In this document: positions 41,552 to 54,400 of the stretch, one piece after another
How the letters are laid out: every line of letters begins with the position of its first letter
How positions within the stretch are numbered: the first letter of the stretch is position 1
Assembly: GCA_051362555.1 (NCBI GenBank)
Contig: CM120649.1
Location: 17,002,567-17,066,566, forward strand
DNA: 64,000 bases
Direction of reading: 5' to 3'
Source of the DNA: Lingula anatina
Lineage: Eukaryota; Animalia; Brachiopoda
Notes under the pieces: generated by a model
What the model was told of the DNA's origin: nothing
Seen by the model: the letters and a program-made list of their open reading frames with translations, nothing else
The model's database searches: none
Program-made: the position numbers and the translations under genes

Positions 41552-42785
41552 GGGAGAGCAAGGAGAGGTGACAATCCTGGGCACAGGGCAGGGACTCCGG
41601 GGTGACAGAGGAGTAGACGGAAAACCAGGACAGAGGGTGAGAAAATGCACATGCATACGCAAGCACACACGTGTATGCTTACACAATTATCCACATACAC
41701 ACATACGCTGATACGAAATGTAAAGGAGCATGAACAGAGAGAGAGAGAGAGAGATTGCTCGCTTTTGGATGTGTTCACCAACTCTTAATCTGTAATTTAT
41801 TCTCAACAAGTGGTTGTGATTATGTTCCAGGGACTGCCTGGTATTCCTGGATACAATGGAGAGAAGGGACCCAGAGGAGAGGCAGGTTTTCAGGTAAGGA
41901 TACCAAAGTTGAACGGAGGCCATCTTCATGTCTGAATGAAGTAGTGAACTGGAAGTGGCAAATCGTGTTCCACAATTTAGATTGGAGTTTTAAAAACATC
42001 TAACTTATTTACTAATCATGTAGTATTTTGTACCATATTTACAATGTACCAGATTTATAAAATTGTGTTTATTTCAAATTTTGCTGCCAGTTGGAGAAAG
42101 GTATTTGTCATGCTGTATAGATATATACTTTTGTATGGGTGGTTGTGTAGCATTATTTTTAAGTTAAAAGACTCTGAAACAAAATTTAAATGTGACTGTT
42201 CTACAGTTTATCGTGTTTCCTTTCTTATTATAGAAAATTGCCATTTAATACATCTGGATTAAGATAAAGGTTTTGATTTTTTTTCTGTTTGGGTAGAAAT
42301 TATTATGATTTTGGTACACATTTGAACATAAAAATATGCATATATGTTATGGTAATTAGAGTTAGAATCATGCATGAAGATATTTTATTAACTTTTCTTT
42401 TATTTATGACAAACGTTAAATCTGAAAAAGATACAACAGTTTGAAATTCAGTTTGTGATGAATTCCCATATTTTCTGTATCACACAGGGGCCACCTGGTG
42501 TACCAGGAGAGTATGGTCCAAAAGGAATTATGGGAAAAGATGGGGAAGGAATAGATGGAGATCCGGTAGGAATATGACATGAGTGTGTGAATGTGTGTGT
42601 GTGTATATATGCTTGTAAGAGTGTGATAAGTAGAACTTCCGTATAAAGCATAATCATTTTAGATTTCTGGTCAGTTTTACACATAGTCATAATTGTGGTC
42701 ATTGTTTTTAATTTTAAAGTTCAAATAGATTTTTTTTTTGAAGTTACAAATTTTATCCAAAATGTCTTTGCAACCACACGTGCTT

Positions 42786-42838
<53 letters not shown>

Positions 42839-45329
42839 AAAACAATCTTCCAATATTAGTTAACATCCTCAAGATCACTAGAGGGCCAAAAATCTTCAAC
42901 ATCTTCACCCAGAACATTTTTCAGCATTTGATTCTCTCACCGACTTCCATTTTCTCCCCCCAGGGTCCTCCAGGTCCCCAGGGTCCCAAGGGTATCGCTG
43001 GGTCTGCAGGAATTGACAAGCCTCCAGAGTTGGTCCAGGGACCGAAAGGAGACCAAGGGATGAAGGGAGACAGGGGTGAGAGGGGGTTCAATGGATCGCC
43101 AGGACAACCAGGGAGAAATGTGAGTGAAAAATTATAGTGATACAGTGGCCACATTCTCAACGAATCCAATAAAAATAATAATAATAATAATAAAAATCTA
43201 ATTTGAGTCTAAAATCCAAATTTATTCAGTAGACTTAACAACAAAACCTGAAAGAAATAATATAAAGGCTATAGTCAAAAAATTGATGAAAACAATGTTT
43301 TATAATTTCAGCGTAGCCCAGACCTTCCTTATTTAATATATCAAATAGTTTCACAATGTTATAGACTGCAGTGGAGCCCATGCTCTATTAAATATATCAA
43401 ATACGGTAATGTTATATAATTGCAGGGTATCCCAGGCCTGCCAGGACCTAAAGGGGAGAAGGGAATGTTTGGGCCATCAGGACGCAGAGTAAGATTAAGT
43501 TATCACAGGAGTAATATATTGGTGAAATAAGAATGTTGCTTGTCTTAAAGTTTAATCATTTGAATGACTGTCAAATGCACCCAGTTAAATAACTCTATAA
43601 TCTAATTAAAACTCTGTAAAGACTGATATTTCTTAATTCATTATTTCTTATAATGCAATAACTTTATATTGACATATTCTTTCTCTGTGAATACTTTATG
43701 TCTTGTTTATTCATACAACATATTCATTGTATAAATAGGGTAAGCGTGGCAAGCAGGGACCCCTTGGCCCTACAGGAGCTAAAGGAATGAAAGGAGCCAC
43801 AGGTTTTGATGGTATTCCTGGACGTGATGGCTTCTCTGTAAGTTTTGCATTTGTTAAGTCCTACTTTGTTGTTAACAGTTAATATATTAAGGTTATAATG
43901 AGTGAAAAGAAGTTATAGTGTTGGCCACTCAGCTCAAAAACTAGAGATGAAAGATTTCTGGATTTATTCAGATATTTGAGTGTTTTTTTATGACTCCTGA
44001 CCTCCCACATAGAACTTTATGCCTATAGTGCTTGTATCTCAGGATCTCTTTAAAAGGTCCACTCAAACAGTAGCTAATCTATAGTTGTAGTAATCTTGAT
44101 TATGAATAAAATAGCAGATGGAAAATAATCAAATTTTGAAGAGATACAGCAGAAATGATAACATTACTGATAAAGAACTATTTGTTTTTTTCCCCAGGGT
44201 AGGAGAGGAGACCCAGGGTTCAGGGGTCCAGATGGCCCCCAGGGAGACCCAGTAAGTTACTTCATCAATTAAAAGATCTTTTTTGTAAAAGATTGCTTTT
44301 TTTTTTCAAATGAAACAACAACTTAGATATATTTCTTCATTCTTCATACTTTTACTATTCAAACTATTCAGCACCTCATATGGCAGCTGGGCTGTATCCT
44401 CCCCAGGGAGATCGTCCCAGTAATGTAATGACCAGGCGTCTAACTGTTCTAATATATCGCATTATACCCCACTGTATTTATATATACTTCATAGAATTGT
44501 ATAACTCAACTACCTCTAGTTGCAAATAAAGATGATTATTATTATTATTATTATAAATATCCATTGTTACTTTCCAGGGCAGGCGAGGTTCAGATAGTCC
44601 TGGCCCAGGAGGTCCCGGGCCAATAGGCAGACAAGGGTTGCCTGGGATACCGGGTGGTCCAGGAATTCCTGGTAATTTGCTGCTGCATTCAGTGATTATG
44701 AAATGCATTAGTGGTGTTATTTTTGTATAATTTTATATTAATTGACATATCATATTTTTAACTAGACTAGTTTTTATGCTATTAAAGGGTGGTAAAGCAA
44801 ACTATATTTTGGTAAAAAAAATAAAAATAAAAATAATTGGCACCTATTTAATTTGATTTGAACATAATTTTTAATGGTAAATTTAAGTGATGGCCCAGAG
44901 TGAAGGTGTGTCAAGTTTTTGAAGACTTGTTCTTGGACTGGACCACTGTATTTGATTTAAATACTAACTTCCAAAAATGACAGAAAAGAAACACATTTCC
45001 CCAACTTGGACATATTTTCCCATTGCTTGACCAGGTGCCCCAGGCCTTCAAGGCAGAGATGGACCCAAGGGTTACCGTGGAGACCCGGGAAGGGATGGAC
45101 TTCCAGGACCTAGAGGAAGTACTGGGTACTCCATGAAGGGTGAAATTGGACCAGCAGGTATGTCATATTAATACCACTAGCTTTGAATTTAGGAATATTC
45201 CTTATACATGTAGAACTCAATGGAATTATGTAACACTGTGATAGCAGCAAGATGTGTATCATTCATTTACAGCCATGTATATTCTCTCTCTCTCTTCCTC
45301 TTTCTCTCTCTCTCTCAACATGTGCGTGC

Positions 45330-45426
<97 letters not shown>

Positions 45427-48400
45427 TAATGTATTGCAGGTTTACACTGCCTTAAACTGACCATATGTTTAGTCTTGACGCATATATATGTACATATGTT
45501 CTATTCCAGGACCCCCGGGTTTTGATGGTATCCCAGGTGACCGTGGATTGCCAGGTTTACAGGGTTTGCCAGGCGAGAAAGGCGAGGAAGGCCAGACAGT
45601 AGAGGGGCCCCCTGGGTTTACAGGACTCCCGGGGCGGTCTGGGCGAGGTGGACCCCCTGGGGATCTTGGTGAGATAGGGTTTGTAGGAGACCCTGGTCTA
45701 CCCTGGACGGGACCAATATTTCCTGGACCAAAAGGTTTCCCAGGACCCCCTGGACAGAAGGGTGACCCTGGGTTCCAGGGAAGGGATGGCCAGAGGGGAC
45801 TGGATGGATTAAAAGGTAAAGTGGGATAAAATTATATATATAATATGTATAAAACATAGCTAAAATAAGCAAAAATGTTTATAAACTTGGTAGTTAGATC
45901 ATAAATGAAAATTATCAAATACATGCCAAAAAACTTTCATATTGTTAGCTTACAGCCGCTATTTCATCTAGGGGTCAGTGAGTGTCAACTTCTACCTACG
46001 TCAGTCTGATGAAGGCCTACGATGAGGTTGGCCGTAAGCTAACAGTATGAAAGAATTTCAGCTTGTGTTTGATAATTTTTATTTGTTATAAGCTGAAATA
46101 CTTTTATACTGTCAGCTTATGACCATCTTGGACATTTTCATCAGACAGATGTGAGTAGATTTTGTTATTCACTGACCGCTAGGTGGTATAGCTACCAGGT
46201 TACTGCTACTATTTAAGTCAGACTGCATTCCTTGGCAGGTCTTTCATTTAATTCATTTTGAATGTGGTTTAACACCAAGGTCAGTGTCAGACTATGTAGG
46301 TCACCCGTGTTATTTATCCACCTTCAGGGCCAGAGGGAGATGACTGTGGCCAGTGTCCACCTGGAGGGAAAGGAGAGCCTGGAGAGCAGGGAAGAGAAGG
46401 TGAGCCATGGTGGTATTGGGCAGTTATCACTTGATCTCTTAGTGTGCTACTGATCCTTAAAAAATAGAATATGCAGAACTCCATATGAATATTTCTCTCT
46501 TCTTGTGAAAAATGCAAACCAGTTGCCTTACATAGGTTCTTGAAGTGAGTATTTCTTTGTTCTTGATATTCTTTTTGATGGCATACATTATTGGTTATAA
46601 CCCCTCCAACCAGTTCCCTCACATATGTTCTTGAACTGAGCATTCTTTATGCTCAAGAGAGTTGTAGATGACATGCAGTAACTTTCCCTTTCTTCCATCA
46701 AGGTGCTAATGGCATCCCAGGTCCTCCTGGTTTTACTGGCCCACCTGGTTTCCCAGGCCCGAAAGGAAACCCAGGTCGGCCAGGTGCCCGAGGTCTGCCA
46801 GGACAACAGGGACGTAATGGGTTTGAGGGCCTACCCGGGCTGAAGGGAGAGCGAGGGGAACTGATCATTCCACGGCCAGTTCCTGGATTAAAAGGCCAGC
46901 CAGGAGACCAGGGTTTCCAGGGATTGCCAGGGTTGCCGGGACGACCAGGCGGGAATGGTGATGTTGGGTTGCCTGGGTTACCTGGGGAAAAAGGAATGAA
47001 GGTATGTGGAGTTAAAAGGCTTTGTTCACTTTGGAGAGGAACTAAAACTGCAGCATTTGACTACAGTAGTCGAACAGGCTTTCTAGAGACTTTCCTCTCC
47101 ACCTCCCCCACACACAACACTTCCCCCCCCCCCCCCCCAATTACATTTCAGATTTTTTTTAAGGATCACAAAAATTAATGAAAGATCTGGTGATTTTCAA
47201 TAAAATGCTCCAGTTTAAGTTGGCCCTGAAAGAAAATCATTTACCTGTTTTTGAGACAGTAAAATGATGTAGAGTCTGTAGAAATGTAAAAGCAATACAT
47301 ATCAGATTATAACATTGATTGCTTGCATGTTCAAAGAAAATTGAAGTAAAATCCAATTTAGCAAAAGGAAAGTATTTCAAAGTATTTTATGTGAATTTAA
47401 GTAATTATTGTGAGGCACATTGTATATAAAGACTTGAAAATTCTTTTTAAAAAAGAGGCACAATTTTTTCCTGTTTATACAATCTAGCTGTGTTTTTCTC
47501 CTGTAGGGGGCAGTAGGTCGTCCAGGGTTAAATGGCCAAGATGGTCCCAAAGGCTCCCCAGGGCAGCCTGGCCTGAGAGGGGCTCCTGGTGAAGACGTGC
47601 AAGGTTTTGTAGGTCAGCGCGGTGATGATGGTTTTCCTGGGCCTCCTGGAGACCCTGGTTTGAATGGATTTCCAGGTAACACTGTGATAGTTAATATGTA
47701 TATGGTCCTTTTCACATTGTGACAAGCACGTTTCCTGTTCGAGAGATTGACACCTTTTAGCCAGGCTTTTATGAAAGAGAGTCATTTAAATGGAGCCATG
47801 GTTAACTAACCTGATTAACTTTGAATGGTCCAAACAGTGAACTTGTGAAACAGAGTAAAAACATCTGTTAAATGTGCTTGCATAATGTGAATAGGGACTT
47901 TTGTGTAATGATGTGGATTAAGGATCTGTAAGGGGAGACTTGTGTTGTGTATGTCTTAAGGTGTGGTAAAACTGTATGTGTGTGTGTGGGGGGGGAGGGG
48001 CAGTGATAAAGATACATCGAATATACTTTTTCAATGTCTTGACCTATTACCACAGTAAGCTTGTAGAAAAAACTATTAGAAATATACATGTAAAGATTTT
48101 GGAGATGATATTTAGTTTCTTTATCTAAATATTGTTGATTTTAGGTGATAAAGGAGATGCTGCTCCATCAGTGGTATTGGAAAGGTACAGAGGAGATGCA
48201 GGCCCCCCTGGGTCCAGGGGAGAATCTGGACTTGATGGGGCCACAGGAATACCAGGTAGGTTGTCATGTTACACAGGATGACCAAGATATAGTTAGGATG
48301 TCATGATACAGGGGATAACCAAGATTCAGTCAGGTTGTCATGTTCATGAGGTGCCTCTAGAGTATCAAGAAGGTTGTCATGTTACAGAGGATAACCAAGA

Positions 48401-51400
48401 TTCAGTCCTGTTGTCATGTCCCCAAGGTGCACCATGAGCACCAGGTAGGTTGTCATGTTACAGGGGAAAACTAAGATTCAGGTTGTCATATTTCTGAGGT
48501 GCATCATGAGCACCAGGTAGGTTGTTATGGTCCTGAGGGTAATTAAGATTACCTATAATTTAAAGAAATATGATACATTTTTCCTTAAATTTCTCATGCA
48601 TTATATAAGTTGTAATACTTTGAATTTGCTCTCCTTAGGCTTGCCTGGAATCAAAGGTCAACCTGGAGAGTCAGGATTCCCTGGGCTCCGTGGCAGGGAA
48701 GGCGATAACGGTCTCCGGGGACCATCAGGTCAAAGGGGCACTCCTGGAGCCAAGGGGTTCCCTGGAATGCCTGGAGGAAATGGCATCCCAGGTCTGCCAG
48801 GTCCTTTTGGTGAGAGAGGAGACCCTGGTCCTGATGGCAACAGAGGACCACGGGTAGGTGGGGCTGTTGTGGACATCAGAAAACCCAGTGGCCATTGATA
48901 GGATGAATTTGTTTGTTATTGCATTGCTGCCAGTTCTAAATATTTAAAGTAATATTCCCTCTTTTTTAAGATGCAATGTTTGGATTAAGGACTTTTCTAG
49001 CTTTCTGGGTAATTGAAGAGTATTTGCATTTTCCCCAAGTTTTTACTATAATATATACTATTTAACATGGATATGCCAAAGTATCTATCTTTGCATATGC
49101 TGTTTTAGATAGTGATTATTAGTTTCAGTGAATGTATATAAAATCTTTTACTCAAGGGTGAACCTGGCAGGGCAGTTGGCACAGGATATGGGCAGAAAGG
49201 AGAACCAGGTTTTGATGGGTTTAAGGGCGAGCGTGGTATCTCGGGAAGAGATGGACCCAAGGGTTTGGCGGGACGGCCAGGGGATGTGGGATTGAAGGGG
49301 ATGAAAGGTGAGTAGGGCTGGCATATTGAACAAGCCTGCAACCAGCAAAGTAATTTTTTTCCTAAAAATGTGGACCTTTTTGACTCCTTAAAGTTAGACA
49401 AGTTGAGAAATGGCATAGGGCTGACATATTGAGCAGGCCTACGACCAGCAAATAAAGGTTCTTCTTTTTCCCTTAAGATGTGGGTTTTTTCCCCTTAAAG
49501 TGAGGCAACTGAGAAAAAGTAGAGTCTAGATCAAAATTTGCTTCAAACTGACCCTGTCAGGTCAAAATGCCCATTGTCAGTCAGTTTTAAAAATTCCTTT
49601 TACTTGATTTGTGTAGACAGTGAGAAAACTGCAATATTTTATAATCATACATTTTTCTTTCTTGTTTTCAGGAGAAAATGGATTGCCAGGTCTTCCAGGA
49701 ATTGGCCTGAAGGGGGCGCCAGGAGAGAATGGTTTACCAGGAAGGAGGGGGGATAATGGAACGCCCGGACGTGATGGCTTCCCAGGTAGCACCTTGAAAC
49801 ATTTTGAAGACATAAAAAGTTGTGTTATTTATGTCATTTTGAAAGATGACTAAACCAGCTTTTATGCACAGTCTTAAATTGGTGATTATGAATAATCTCT
49901 TTCGTGAACTGAAGTCAAACACATGATCAGAATCGATTTGTATGGAGTATTCTAGGCCTGTGAATCACCATTTTCCCCCTCACAATCTTATTTACTAAGA
50001 AAACCCTGTATAAGTTTTTCTGTAATTTTGTTGCTTTTCTCTAAGGCATACCCGGAACCAAGGGAGCCCCAGGATCAGATGGTCTGGGTGGCATCCCTGG
50101 CAGAGATGGCGAGAAGGGTGAGGCAGGTAACGAGGGACCCTCAGGACCCAGGGGAGACCAGGGTCTACCAGGCAGGGATGGGAACCCAGGGTTCGATGGT
50201 CTCCCCGGACGCCCTGGCCCCAAGGGAGAGATGGGAGAAGAGGGGAACAAGGGACCTGATGGGAAGCAAGGAGAGCCCGGATTGCCTGGGCTGCCTGGAG
50301 ATCAAGGTAAAGTCTTACTGTGGCCGCATTCAGAATAGATGATCTGCGGACTAACTGGTCCCAAGGTCAAATGTGGCTAACCCCACTTGAAAATGATGCC
50401 ACATAATCCCCTATTGTCTCCACATCTACCACACATGCCAGCCCTGCAGGTGTCTTATTTAATTGTATAATACGTATACTTATATGTTAAATGAGTTGTG
50501 TAGAATTTCTGTTAAATATATATATTCATATATAAATATTTTAGTTTTCAGAGAGACAAAATATACAGTACAATTATTACATTGAAATTTAAGCATTAAA
50601 AGTATCCTTATTTAATTTGTTTTTTATCCTCCTAGGTCTACCAGGAGATGAGGGTCTACCAGGACCCCAGGGATCACGAGGAGGCCCAGGGAAGAAGGGA
50701 GAGAGGGGCAGAAGGGGGCTTCCAGGAAAGAATGGCCGTCCTGGAAACCCTGGGACCTCTGGACTCCCCGGGGATAGAGGAGATCCAGGATTAAATGGTA
50801 TGAGAGACTTAAATTAAGGGACTGGCTATTATAGCCTGGTTATTTTAATTAAAAGAATGCAGTTGATGAAATACTTTGCTAAGGAGTGAATCTGTTAATA
50901 GCATTCATACTACAATTCCAGGTTCAACAGCTCCTGCTCTGAACATGTAAAAGGTTCAAAATTTTTGTTTCAATTTTTTTTTTCAGATATTGCAATTGGT
51001 ATTTTCATGCATTATCTGTGTCAGAAAGTTTTTAAATCTCTGCAACTTGAATATTTTTTCTAAAACGAACCTCTTTCCATCAGTACTGAGGGAACTGTTT
51101 ACAACTTTCTCCTTTTTTGACAATATGGAGGCTAGATCACCATACTCTTATCCCTTTTCCCTACACCCCATAACTCTTCATAACCATTTTTAACTCTTTG
51201 TCAACTGAAAAATTGCTGAATTTCTGGTGTATTTGTCATTAGGTGCCAAGGGCCAGGCTGGGTTCCCAGGTTTGGACGGAGGTCCAGGGTTCCAAGGAGA
51301 GAAGGGTGATATTGGTCCAGGAATACCTGGCCAGCAAGGTTAGTGTCTGTGTGTATGTGTGTGCTGTGTGTGTATATGTATATGTGTGCTGTGTGTATGT

Positions 51401-54400
51401 TTGTGTATGCGTGGATATGTGCCTCTGTGTACATGTCTCTTATTTATTTTCAAGCTTTTGGCTGCTCCCAGTCTTGAGCATGTGTTGGCCCATGTTTAGT
51501 CCTGGGTTCACTAGTGATATTACATACTATAACCTTAATGATAAATGAGAATTTCAATTTCAGTAGATTCTTGATTCGAGTTCATTACTTTTTTAAATGA
51601 ACAGGTTTTGAAAAAGCGTTGTTACTTAGTTAACTGAATTGTATCTTACTGTGACATTATTTTATTTTTTTTCCTAACAAAACCGTAACAGGACCCAAGG
51701 GCTTCATTGGGCGGAGTGGAAACCCAGGTCGTCAAGGTTCCCCTGGTAGAAAGGGAGAGATGGGACAGATGGGTCTTCCAGGTGTGTGTCACAATATGGA
51801 CATATAGAGCACATAAAGATTTGGTGCAATGTTAGTTACATCTAACACTTTGTGAATTTGTCTTATTAAATTAACACACTGTTTTTTACATCTGACACAA
51901 TGTCTTCTACATGTGTCACAATGTCTTTTAAATTTAAGACAATGTCTTTTATTTCTAACACAATGTCTATAATGTCTGACATTGTTTTTCACATCCAACA
52001 CAATGTCTTTCACATCTAATGTTATGTTACCCCATTGGTTCCCCTGGCAGTGAACCGCATTGAAGGTCAATATTAACCTGTTCTTCATTGGCAACATGAG
52101 ATAACTATAACTGATTATTTGCCAGGTCCTGATGGTCCCCGGGGTGAGAACGGTATCCAGGGAGATAGAGGTTTCCCTGGGTTAGATGGCAGGCCTGGTG
52201 CTAAAGGGGAGGCAGGAGAAGATGGAAGTCAAGGCCTGATAGGATTCCCTGGGGACAGGGTAGGTGGGGGTGCCAAGGTGGTGCCCACGGGGTTGGGTTA
52301 CAGGTTGGAGGGGGGTGTTCACAAATAGAGAGGGTTCATACTGGGAGTGGGAGAGGGGAGGAGGTTGGGGAGCGGGTGAGAGTGTTGGGAATAATTGTTG
52401 TTAAATGTTGTCCTTATTAATTGTTTGGTCAATGGATGTTTTTATATCTTTACAGACATTTGGAAGTGCTGTTTTGAAATCGAATAAAATCCACATAGTG
52501 TAATGACTTCTTATGCCCCGTCAAATCAATTAGCATCTGAATACAGCACAATGTGAAAAGGGAGCCAGAGAAACACTTTTCCTAAATAGTAATTCACTCA
52601 AGTAACTAACTTGCAGAAGTTCTCTTTCTGCAGGGTAACCCAGGACCTGCAGGTCTGGATGGTCTTCCAGGACCTGGTGGTGACAGGGGCCTGGATGGAC
52701 TCCCTGGGGCCAGAGGCAGGAAGGGGACCAGAGGCAAGGATGGGGACAGAGGGTTTGATGGATTCCCGGGCAACGTTGGGCCCAAGGGTGATACAGGATT
52801 TGCAGGCAGGGAGGGGTTGCCAGGGCAACCTGGATTAAGAGGAGAAGATGGATTCCCTGGAGGGAGTGGACAGAAGGGTGACCGTGGGGAGGATGGAAGA
52901 CCAGGATCTCCTGGAGCAAATGGCCAGAGTGGAGAAAAAGGTATGTAACAGTGCCTGAATGTTAGGATTAATGGCCAGAGTAGAGATAAAGGTATTTTAG
53001 AGTACCTGATTATTAGGATTAAGGGGTAGAGAGATTTGCTGTCAGTCCACGCTCATGTTGAGAAGTTCATGCAATGGATATTCAATGTACAGATATGTGA
53101 TCTTTGCATGTGGTGATAAACTTCCCTCTTGTTATTTTAGGCTCAAGAGGTTTCCCAGGAAGCAAAGGTTTTCCAGGATTAGATGCCCCTCCAGGTAATT
53201 GAGTATAAGTTTTTGCACCATATTAGATTACAGTTTCAAAGAATATGATGCATTGTGATTTAAATTTTACACACATGGAACAGAAATGGATATATGCAAT
53301 CAGCAAACAGAACATAAAAAAGATACATTTAATATATATTGTATACATAGTGTAAAATTGTAATATAATTGTTTGATATAACATAAAACATATAAAAATG
53401 TTCAACATGTCAGGCCAGCGTGGTGCGTCAGGAGAGCCAGGAATCCCCGGAGCCCCAGGTTTGCCAGGCTCCCAGGGACCCCAGGGGCTGCCTGGATTTA
53501 ATGGAGCCCCAGGGCTGAAAGGGTTGGATGGAGAGCCAGGGAGAAGCTTTCCAGGAAGCAAAGGATTTCCAGGAAACCCAGGTCCTGATGGATTCAATGG
53601 TAAGAGTGGCTTGGCTGGTGCTAATATGTGGTCTGTATATAACATGTGGTTGAAATAAAACTTGGGAGATTTTCTCACTTGGCAAATGTGGGTGACATTT
53701 ATGTATATCATGAGTGGTTTTGGAGTTCATGTGTTTAAATAATCTTATTTTTGTTACAATTCTTTCTTTCTTTCTCTCTTTCCATCTGATTTCTATAATT
53801 ATTATTGTAATTGTTAACAGTGTTTATTTATCTTGTTTTATTTTAATTTCTTGTATTTTTCCCTTTTACTTATTTTATACCTGCTACTTGGTCAAAAATG
53901 TTATAATATTAAGAGCATGGAACCTGTTATGTTGTCACTGACTATGTTATATGCTTACTTGGTTAAGGATTGCCTGGCAGGAAGGGGGACCGAGGGAGAG
54001 ATGGTAATCGGGGTCTTCCAGGGATGAAGGGAGAGGAGGGACTCAGGGGACCCCAGGGAAACGATGGACTTAGAGGGAACCCAGGGGAACAGGGGAGAGA
54101 TGTAAGTAACAGTTGGTGTAATAGGACACAAATTGGTCATGCATGTGTTTTGTTGGTTCTTGCCTTTAAACATTTGGATGGATATGTTTGGGCTGTTTAT
54201 ATGTAAATTTATAACATAGTCATGCTAAAATACAATGTTTATCTTTTTAGGTAAGACTTGTTAAATAATGAGTATTTGTTTCAAAGTTACGCAAAGTTAC
54301 GTCAGAAAAGTTCAAGATGAACTGATTTTAAATATCCCCATCTTTTAAATGAAGAAGTCATTTATTACTTTTGGCAGGGCGTACCTGGTTTTCAAGGTGC

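Noticed and set aside
907-47138. Many poly-C/poly-G tracts as strand-biased G-quadruplex signals
   Set aside because: The orientation does not switch with the direction of transcription, and homopolymer lengths are unreliable in assemblies.
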